NCBI GenBank assembly: GCA_000697335.1
Contig: JNEM01012473.1
Location: 1-43,506, forward strand
Origin: Conidiobolus incongruus B7586
Taxonomy: Eukaryota
DNA: 43,506 nt
Direction of reading: 5' to 3'
Numbering within the stretch: the first letter of the stretch is position 1; the number at the start of each line of letters is the position of its first letter. The notes below the pieces were generated by a model. It saw only the letters and a program-made list of their open reading frames with translations, was not told the origin of the DNA and made no database searches. This document shows positions 11,080-20,217 of this stretch, piece by piece. The position numbers and the translations under genes are program-made.

Positions 11080-12668
11080 TTTCTATTGAAATGAATTAAT
11101 GGCAAAATTTTAAATAAAATAAAAATAAGATTATTAATAACTCTTTGCTTTTTTAGTATGCTTCTAACACTTAACAGTTATTTTTATTAAAGACTAAATT
11201 CTAATGTTTCATAAACTAATCTATTTTGTATATAAGAGTTTTCTTTATTATAAAAATAATTTTTAATTAAAATTATAATTAAGTTATAATCTTATAGATA
11301 TATTAAATTTGGTAGTTATTTTTAATTTTTTATTTATAAATTTGTTTTATAATATTAACTATATATATTTTACTAATATTATAAAAAATAATGAATATTT
11401 TCATTAATAATTAAATCACTAATTATAAATAATTTAAAAATATATAACTTATTAGTAATTAATATACTATTGAAAATTAAATAAGAAAACCATATATTAT
11501 GACAATATATTATAAAAGTTATTATACACTTAAAAATAAAATTTATATTTATTAAATTTTATAAAATAGGTTATTTTAACTTTGTATTTTGTTTTTGAAT
11601 TAAAGACTATACAAAAAAATATAGTTAATTAATTATAATAGCTGTAAGCATGGTTGCAAATACCAATATAGTGCAGAGGAAGACTTAATATAAGAGTAGC
11701 GTGACACGGAACGTGGTACTATAACGTGGCTGTAGCGTGCAAATGTAAACAAAGTTTAATTAAGCTTCGAACTGGGATGAGTCACTGATATATTAAGATT
11801 TATATTAGGTAGTGCCAATATACTGTAGTATTGACAGGATGTAGTCTCAATCTTAGAAATAGTGAAAAAGATAAGAAATAGTAAGAATTCAGAGAAAAAG
11901 AGAGGAACCTAGTTTATTAGATAATTCAATGCTATTTATACAATTAATTTAGCTATAAAAGTATAAATTAATCATATAATTTATAGTTAATTGAATTATA
12001 TGAAAGTATATATAAGAATTTAGAGAACTAGTCTCTTAACAATAGCTTTATATAAAACCTTTGTTTTTAATTATATATTGTTAAATTTCATATAAATATA
12101 TTATTATAATATATTAAAAACTTTTGATAAAAACAAAAGGTATTTATTTTGTAATTTTTTAATTAAAAATATAAAAATTAAAATATATTATGCACTAATA
12201 TATTAATATTATATTACTTTGATAATTTTTTATTTAATATAAAAAGCTGTTTTTATATAATCTCTTATTTTATAATTAATCAGAAAAGTAATATCAAAAA
12301 TTAGTTTTTTAGATATAAAATTATAAATAATATCTTTTTAAGTTATAAACTAATAAATATAGCAATAAAAGATAATTTTAGATAAAGAATTATTTTTATA
12401 AGTTGTTTACAAAATATAAATTATTTTAAAGAGTTTATGGTGGAGTTTTAATAATATTAAAATAGAAGACTTTGAATGATTATTATATAGTTTAAACATA
12501 ATTCAATTCAATTTTTAATTTTTATATTAAAATATTCTAATAAATTAATTGATATAAATGAGTATATATATTATGAAAATATAAACTTTTTTATTTATTT
12601 TTAAAATAAACAAAATACTTGGAATATAATAAATTAAAAAATTTGCTCTTTTTTCTTTTTAAACTAAT
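11080..12668 (-). mobile_element. Full-length, heavily AT-decayed mariner relic with both termini, interrupted by a solo LTR
   Basis: 12295-12500 aligns to the transposase at 25-229. Minus-strand K-I-T-K-*-I-P-F-V at ~12130-12158 lies ~118 codons from the ATG, where mariner WVPHxL occurs. TIR-like ends: tatttctattgaaatgaattaatggcaaa (11078) and tttgctcttttttctttttaaactaat (~12668). About 1.2 kb once the LTR is removed. Confidence 0.75.
11643..12041 (-). mobile_element. Solo LTR (399 bp) with 5-bp target-site duplication ATAGC
   Basis: Begins TGTAAG, ends CTTAACA (TG...CA with a short inverted repeat). ATAGC directly flanks both sides (11638-11642, 12042-12046). More GC/CpG than its flanks. 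TATAAATAGC on the minus strand at 11931-11940 suggests the orientation. Confidence 0.85.
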
Positions 12669-13149
12669 CATATATAAAATGCTAATTAATAACATTTGAT
12701 ACTTCTATTGATTTTAACCCTTTAAGTATATTTAGATGTTTATGTATTTTAATTCCAAATTATTATGAGTCAGATATTTTAGCCAGCACTTTGAAGAGTA
12801 TATATTATTAAATATTAAATGTCTTATTTCAAAATATTAATTAATAATATTAATACTCTTTTTTTAATTAATAGCCTAGATTATAGTTAGAGTTCCTTGT
12901 TTATAAGAAATTTTTTAACAATATATATATATATGTATTATATTGTGAAAAATCAACTCTGTTTAATATTTTATTCAAGGTATTAAAAATAAATATATTA
13001 ATCCGAGTTCTGTTGTAAATCTTTTAAAATAGATTCAGTTCCTAATTCAGCAATCAGAATTTCAAAATAATAGATCTGTTCAATCAATGATATATTTATT
13101 AAAAGTTGCTTTAATTGCTAACAATAATTTATTAAATAACTTAATCATT

Positions 13150-13680
13150 TTACTCTTGGATACGTCTTTCTTCACGGATTTCTTCTTCGACCTCGGCTTC
13201 AACCTTCTCTTTGAGCTCAACATCGACAAGAGGACGTCTAGGATCAGTTACCGCGGAAATGTCTATTAAGTTATTGGCAATACCAGTTTCTCCGTTTCCA
13301 ACTCCTGTGATTGCTTCTTGGGTACGACCGTGCGGAGGGAAACCTGGTTGTGCCACGACGAAAGAAGGACCCATAGCTGTAGCAAAAGGAACGGTCATAG
13401 GACCATGAATTGGAATAGCAGCTGGTGCTGCTCCAGTTGCAGGGATTGGGATAAATCCACCTGCAGCTTGGCCAGCAATTACTGGGCCTTTGGGCACAAA
13501 AGCATCATTGAATGATCCCTTGTTTTCACCGTTCTGATTATTGGTTGAATTCTCTCCGGTTCTACTGAATACAGTGCCTTCCTTAGAAATAATGATGTCA
13601 TTGGCTTCATTAGATACTGGTGCTGCATAAATGAAAGATAGAGTTATTAATTGAATCAAGTTCAAACTAATTTTAGTCAT
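13150..13680 (-). CDS. Small secreted Cys-free protein A (176 aa), uncharacterised cluster family
   Basis: Signal peptide MTKISLNLIQLITLSFIYA|APV. Motif TGENSTNNQNGENKGSFND, Pro/Gly/Ala linker, Glu-rich tail. TATA-like box ~75 nt upstream. Clear paralogue of 14595..15206. Confidence 0.85.
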   Translation of the reverse strand: MTKISLNLIQLITLSFIYAAPVSNEANDIIISKEGTVFSRTGENSTNNQNGENKGSFNDAFVPKGPVIAGQAAGGFIPIPATGAAPAAIPIHGPMTVPFATAMGPSFVVAQPGFPPHGRTQEAITGVGNGETGIANNLIDISAVTDPRRPLVDVELKEKVEAEVEEEIREERRIQE

Positions 13681-14594
13681 TATTATTCCAAATATCAATA
13701 ACTACAATAAAATAATTTAGTTTTATCAATCCAATTATAACCCAATATAGATATTTATACTCAAAAATTAAAAGATAACCGTAACAAAAGAATCTATGGA
13801 AATTTTAACAGTTTGAACGTTTGATAATCAAATTTTTATGTAGATCATTACTGTCTAATTTTGTATTAATACAAAGAATTCAAATCCCAATTTTGAAAAA
13901 TTCCGTTAATATCAACTAGAAAGGATTATTATAAATTTTAAGGATTTCAAGTTTCATAATTTTAACATTTTCATATTAATAAAATGATCTTCTTAGTTAT
14001 ATTTTCATATAGTCATATTATATTTTAAATAATTTCAAATTATTAAATCATTCTTGATAATGAAATCAAATTAAACACTAACAGATAGAAATACTCCTTG
14101 GTTGTGAAATATTATTAACATATATATTTTACAAATATTCAGTTTGCAATTATTAAATTAAAAAATCAGTAAATTTCACTAGTATTAAGAATATTAGTTA
14201 AAAAATTTTATGCTTATTTTTAATATTGAAGTTATTGATTTATTAATATTAGTCAGTAATTATCACAGTAGATGAATATGAATATACTATTATATTTTAT
14301 ATACATCATTCTAAGTTATTGATAGCTTTATCAATGAACTATTTATTTGGTTCAATTAAATAGATATTTTACCCAATATGATAGGTTAGAGTAGAATATT
14401 GAAAATAAGTTTGTTAACAGAAATTATAGTATATTATATACTAAGATTATTTTTCCTTTATTGATATTTAAAATTATCTTATAAAACATTAGATCAATAT
14501 AATAAAATATTTAAATAGCTATATTTATTAAGAAGGGAGGATAATGACGCATATCATATTAAATAATTGACTATTATCAATTATTTTGAATTCT

Positions 14595-15206
14595 TTAAAA
14601 GAGATTGTGAGAGAAGAATGAATCAGGTCTTGAAGGTTCTTCCACTGCTAATATTTCAGGTTCGATACCTGATTCTATTTCCCGGATATTTTCTTCATGA
14701 AAATGGACTTCAGCCTCGGGTACGGGTGTGTGAGGTTCTGATGCAACTTCCGGTACTGGAATTGCTTCATCTTGAATGTGTTGATCCTCTTCGATGCGTG
14801 CCACAGGTCGTTGGATGGGTACAGGAACTTCTTCAACGATGACAGTTGGTTCGTCTACGCGAGAAGTTTTGATGGCTCCGTTCAAGGCTCCAATCCCTCC
14901 GTTTAATAAACCTGTGGTCTTTTTTTGGGTTACAGGACCTCCAAACCCACCGCTTTGATGGCCTCCTAACAATAAAGGAATACCTCCTCCAACTAGTGCC
15001 GGCCCAGAAAGCATACCAGCGCTAGCAATATCGTTGAAACCTGCCTCGTTAAATCCGTTCTGGTTGTTGAGAGAGGATCCCCCAGTATTTGCAAAGTGTG
15101 AACCAGCTTGCGTCAAATCGACATCATTAGCTCTATCGGATACAGGCGAAGCTAAGACAATCGAATAAGCAATAAGTTGAGAGATGATAATTTTGGTCAA
15201 AGTCAT
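14595..15206 (-). CDS. Small secreted Cys-free protein B (203 aa)
   Basis: Signal peptide ending VLA|SPV. Motif TGGSSLNNQNGFNEAGFND, second motif TQKKTTGLLNGGIGALNGAIKTSRVDEP, Glu/Pro/Val-rich tail. Confidence 0.87.
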   Translation of the reverse strand: MTLTKIIISQLIAYSIVLASPVSDRANDVDLTQAGSHFANTGGSSLNNQNGFNEAGFNDIASAGMLSGPALVGGGIPLLLGGHQSGGFGGPVTQKKTTGLLNGGIGALNGAIKTSRVDEPTVIVEEVPVPIQRPVARIEEDQHIQDEAIPVPEVASEPHTPVPEAEVHFHEENIREIESGIEPEILAVEEPSRPDSFFSHNLF

Positions 15207-15795
15207 TATTGTTATTGTTGTAGTTATATTTAACTATACTTCAAGCTTGTTATAAACGTCATAAGCTAACACCTTCACTTATATATCAAATTCAAAAATT
15301 AATAATGATTAACTCCATTATTACCGATCGAAATTGAATTTGTATCAAAATTGTGAATTTGAACATTGACAAGATGATGATTGACTTCGGGGATATTATA
15401 TTAATTTCAAGTAAAAAATTAGAATCTGGATAGCAAACTGATGCATGATATCATTTTATATTCAATTATATTAATTTAAAATTTTTTGACTTTTCGATTG
15501 GTTCTAAAGATTTCTCAGATTTATATTATTTCTATTGAATGAATAGAGTTATTATCAATGTTCAATTTAATGTTTTTATAATTATTATTGATTAGTAAAA
15601 AAATTTCTATATGGAAGTCATGGTACTGCATTCAGCATTATTAAACTTGTTTAATAGAGGCTGAAATGAGTTCATCATTTTGAAAAAATAATCTCATCAT
15701 TTTCAAGTATTCATACCAATTTATAAAATAAGAATTTGGTTATAAGATTAAAGATCCAATAATAAATTATTTATTATTTGTAATAATTTAATTAA

Positions 15796-16170
15796 TTAAA
15801 AACCTACACCATTAGTGAAAAAATCATTAGGATTTGGAACGGTAATAGTTTCGTCGATCACTTCTTTCTCCAATTCAACAGGATGTGGATCAATGACGAC
15901 AGGTGGTTCTACTAGTGGGTGCACCACCAAGTTAGTCTCATCAGTACCTTCATCCGCAACATTGAAAGAGTCAACAATTCTTCCTTTGGCATTGTTCGTA
16001 CTATTGGGACCGTTATTCGTTTGGACAATGGATCTGTTAATTGTAACCACATTACTGTCGGGATCCCACCAAAATGGAGGTAAAGCAGAAGTTTGTATTT
16101 CAGGAGCCCACCATTGAGGTAAAGCGGAAGTAAATAAAAAAAAGGATAAGAAGGATACTATCAATTTCAT
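15796..16170 (-). CDS. Small secreted Cys-free protein C (124 aa)
   Basis: ATG at 16170 gives signal peptide MKLIVSFLSFFLFTSA|LP. Motif NGPNSTNNAKGRIVDSFNV. TATAAAAA ~65 nt upstream. Confidence 0.83.
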   Translation of the reverse strand: MKLIVSFLSFFLFTSALPQWWAPEIQTSALPPFWWDPDSNVVTINRSIVQTNNGPNSTNNAKGRIVDSFNVADEGTDETNLVVHPLVEPPVVIDPHPVELEKEVIDETITVPNPNDFFTNGVGF

Positions 16171-16942
16171 TTTTATAATTTTGAAAAAATTAACAATTGG
16201 TGATAACTTAATCAAATGGATCAAGTCATAGGTTTTTATAGGAATTCAATGTGGTAGGAATTTTAATCAACTCAATTTTCAAACTTAGGAAATATGATAA
16301 ATTCAGAGGTTTAGGTTATCAATTAGAATAATCTTCAGTTTCAATTTATTCATTATAGGTTTTAATAGGCTCATCACTTAAACGTTGTCATATGTATATA
16401 CCTTTCATTTAATATTTCACATTAACATGCTAAATAAAAAAATATATAAACATATAATCCATGAAAATATTTTTGAATTTAAACTTTTGAATTTGAATTA
16501 TTTTATTTATCCTCCAATTCACTACCAATTTTCAATAAATAGTATAATTGGAAAATTTTATTCTAATGGACTATAAACAATCAAAAACATTTAAAAGTTA
16601 TTAAAGATTATTGATAAACTAATGTCATCAATTAATATTATACAATTGAAGTTTTTTCAAAGTGTATTGAATCATTCCAAAAATATTAATATCTTTCATT
16701 ACTATAATTATTTATAATCTATCATATAAGGCTATTAATAAATTATATAGATCATTGAATTGATTAATTAATATGCAAATACTTGAAAATGGGATAATGT
16801 AGTCGACTTGATTGTTCAATAGTTCAACTGTATTAATGATATCATAAAATATCAAAATTAAATTAATTAGAAGTGGCTAATATTAAAAAAAGATTAGAGA
16901 ATATACAGAATAAATTAAAGTAAATTTTATTCTTATAATAAA

Positions 16943-17422
16943 TTATTCTTCTTCATTGCGAATAGTAACATCACTGTCATCATCTAGCATGAAACCTTCA
17001 ATCAAATCTTCGACCAATTCATTTTGCTCTCTTTCTTCAGCCAACACAAACTCTTCCTCACTATCTAAACGTGTCAGTCCTACCCCATCAAAGTCAACAT
17101 CGTCAACGACTACCACATCGTCCAAGTCAACCCTCTCAACCCTTACAGGTCGATTTACTACTATAGGACGCTCTACAGGACGTTCCACTACTACAGGTTC
17201 AACGACAGGAGGTGATTCAACACGAGTGATGTCTTCATTCAATTTCACTGTAGGGCCAATTTTTCTGTTGAATGAGTTTAGGGTCAACCCTAGGGCGTTA
17301 TTTGTACTGGATACGGAGTTCTTACTCTGGATAATACCGTCAGTAGCTGTAATCACAGCTGGTACAGGAGTGGATAAAACTTGAAATGTAAATAAGCTGG
17401 TGATAGCTAACAAAGATTTCAT
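16943..17422 (-). CDS. Small secreted Cys-free protein D (159 aa)
   Basis: Signal peptide MKSLLAITSLFTFQVLS|TPV. Motif SSTNNALGLTLNSFNR, V/E/R/P repeats, acidic tail. Confidence 0.85.
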   Translation of the reverse strand: MKSLLAITSLFTFQVLSTPVPAVITATDGIIQSKNSVSSTNNALGLTLNSFNRKIGPTVKLNEDITRVESPPVVEPVVVERPVERPIVVNRPVRVERVDLDDVVVVDDVDFDGVGLTRLDSEEEFVLAEEREQNELVEDLIEGFMLDDDSDVTIRNEEE

Positions 17423-18202
17423 AATAGATAATATAATAATATAAATTAATAGAATGGTATGAATAGTAATTTAGCATATAAGCTTATTTATATTAATCAA
17501 ATTAATTATTAATGATATTCTTGAAACGAATTTTCCCTCTATAAAAAATCTAATTGGTGATCAAAATTTAATCACCAAAAGGATTTTAGGTTTCAAACAT
17601 CTATTAAGTCTCTTTTATTAAGTTCCTTCAGATGAAATTCTTCCTGATCTATTTGGATTTGAATATATTGTATACATTATATGCATTTATTAAACAATAT
17701 AATATTTAATTTCTGAATCAAATTTACTTAGAATAAATGATCCATTAATATATGAACATATAAATAAGCTAATGACCATTAATTTAAATATAAAATTTAT
17801 TGATATTATATATAATATCAATTCTATAAATTTCATAAAATATATATTATATTAATAGATTCATTCATCAAATATTATTGATATATTGATTTTTAAATGG
17901 TACAAATAGTTGATATAAAGATTTGTATTAAATTGATTCAAATATTGGTAATAGACTAATTATAAGTAATTAACTATAATAAATTTTAGATGCTCATGGA
18001 TATATTAAGGTCCAATCTGTAAAATTCTCTATGAAGAAAATATCAGAATTTTTTGCAATAAAATAAAATTAACTGAATTAATACTTAAAATATTATAGTG
18101 GATTCATTTTAAAATGATTAAAAATATTATTAGTTATCTTTGGGAAATACATAAATTATTAAGCATTTATTCTATCAGTGATTATAGGAATATAAATAAA
18201 AA

Positions 18203-18664
18203 TTAGTCATTACGACGACCATGATCATCCTCATCTTCTTTGTTAATAATTTTAATCTCATCACCATCATCATGATCTAAAGCTCTTATGATATCTCTTT
18301 CATCGATGATGTCATGATCAGGAATGACTACGTGGGAATGGTGAATGTCTCCAAGTCCTTCGGCTATGAGGAGATCCTCCCCGAAACTGTGATGATGATC
18401 ATGATCATGAACAAGATCATGAAGGATTTCGTCTTCGGTAATATCATCCAAAAGCTCGTCATGAAATCCGAGCGGAGCTCCAATTGAGTCGTCTTCAATC
18501 CTTGTAACGTCATTTATCTTGAGCTTCATCTTCTTGTGGTTGATAACTGCATTATTACGTTCTTCATCTTGATTAATGACTTCTTCAGCTTCAATGGTAT
18601 CAGCTGGAGGTAAAGATGCAACCATTGGAATCAAAGCCAAGAATAACGCTAATTTAGAATACAA
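18203..18664 (-). CDS. Small secreted Asp/His-rich protein E (~153 aa); no ATG in front of the signal peptide
   Basis: Intact frame LYSKLALFLALIPMVAS|LPP...IEAEEVINQDEERNNAVI...HDHDHHH. Paralogue of 25907..26317. The frame upstream reads TAA ATA AAG ATA TTG. Confidence 0.75.
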   Translation of the reverse strand: MYSKLALFLALIPMVASLPPADTIEAEEVINQDEERNNAVINHKKMKLKINDVTRIEDDSIGAPLGFHDELLDDITEDEILHDLVHDHDHHHSFGEDLLIAEGLGDIHHSHVVIPDHDIIDERDIIRALDHDDGDEIKIINKEDEDDHGRRND

Positions 18665-19421
18665 TATCTTTATTTACTGTAAGGTGGAGCAAATTGTGCT
18701 GCCATATGAGATAATAACCTTGGTTTATATAGTATTCTTCCTTCAATAAAATATTCATTCTTAGCTTGTAAGATAACCGTTAGATATTTTAAACTATTAT
18801 TTCTGAATAAATTTCCTTAAAAAGTTGAATTGTACTGAATTTATAACTGTCTTTAAAATTAATCTATCATTCGTGAGAAATATGGATATCAGTAATTTTA
18901 TTAATTCTATGGTCCAAACGTTTTATTTGTTCAAGTTTAATTTTATAGTTTAAATAAATCTTTTTTTTTGATTTTTTAATAACTTGAATTTTGTTCAAGA
19001 TATTATTCATTAGTTATTTCATTTCAAATATATTGTCACCGCAGTCATATACGAAATCAAATTTTTAGAATATAATACCATGATATTAAATTGAATACCA
19101 ATTGATATATATATATATATATTTGTCTAATAATTTCATCCCATTAAAACATATTTTTTTAAATTTAATAATTAACTATATATAATTCAAAATTTAGAAT
19201 TATTCACTATTAAATATTAAATTCAACACAACATTAAATTTACAATCATTATTTAAAAAAAAGTAAAAAAATGAGTAAATTACCAATAAAAATTCCAGTT
19301 TATTTTACTATATTTATTAGTATTAAATAGCATTATATTTACCTATTATAAATAAACTCGTATTCTAAAACAACTATTCAATAAATCTTAACTAAATCAT
19401 ATGAATGTATATACCTTGAAG

Positions 19422-20217
19422 CTATAAATTGGATAAAAAGACATCCAAACTGAAGTTTGTTGAGGTACTTGATTGGTCATCATCCTTCTTTGCTAATAAC
19501 CCTTTTAAGGCGGTGATCTTTTTTTATTCTGCTTTTTGAGGTTCAGAGTTTGCTGCAATTTATTTCGTGTGTTATTTTTTTGTGTAAGACTGAGATAGCA
19601 AATTGGTTGGCTTGCTATTATTATGAGATGCTTGATTTCATGTGGATGATTGAATATTTTTAGTGATGTTATTATTTGATAGTTCTGATTTTAGCTTATT
19701 CTATTTAAATTGTGATTCTAAAGTTTTTTTAATAGATTTATCAATGCCTCTCAAAATATTGTTTTAATGGCAAAAGTTGCATCGGTATTTAATACAAGTA
19801 CCTAATTGATTTCCTTTGGATTTTTTTTAGTTTTGAGTTGGATTAATTTTCTATATAAATTAGTGTTATTTATATTATAAAAATTATAAATTGAGTTAGA
19901 GTATATTCACTTGTCGTCATTTGTCTTCGCTATAGGCATATCGAGTTGCAAACAAAGAATATCATTATTTGATAGTTTCTTCAAAGTTTTAGAACTTTTG
20001 ACATTGATAGAACACGTTTTACCCGGTATAAAAGGCTTATAACAAACTTGACAAAAATCATTAATATCCTTAGCACCATTAGGCCTAGGCTTCATGCTCT
20101 CAGCGATTACATCGTCCTAATTTTGCAAATAATAACGAGCCAATTCTGATGATATTGAAACAATTGCTTGAGATAAATTGTTCAAGGTTTTAGTTACAGA
20201 TTAAGCGATTTAGACAT
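19422..20217 (-). pseudogene. Pseudogene of an Rpr2/Rpp21/Snm1-family (RNase P/MRP) zinc-ribbon subunit
   Basis: LNNLSQAIVSISSELARYYLQN*...DFCQVCYKPFIPGKTCSINV, intron 19851..19910, IKYRCNFCH*..., C-terminus LKGLLAKK...FSLDVFLSNL*. Two CxxC pairs and the 'LAR.Y...C..C...IPG.T' signature. About seven internal stops and two frameshifts. Confidence 0.75.

Noticed and set aside
13087..17384. Plus-strand Ser/Thr-rich ORFs (13211, 13318, 14567, 15815, 16956)
   Set aside because: Antisense shadows of the signal-peptide-bearing minus-strand genes.
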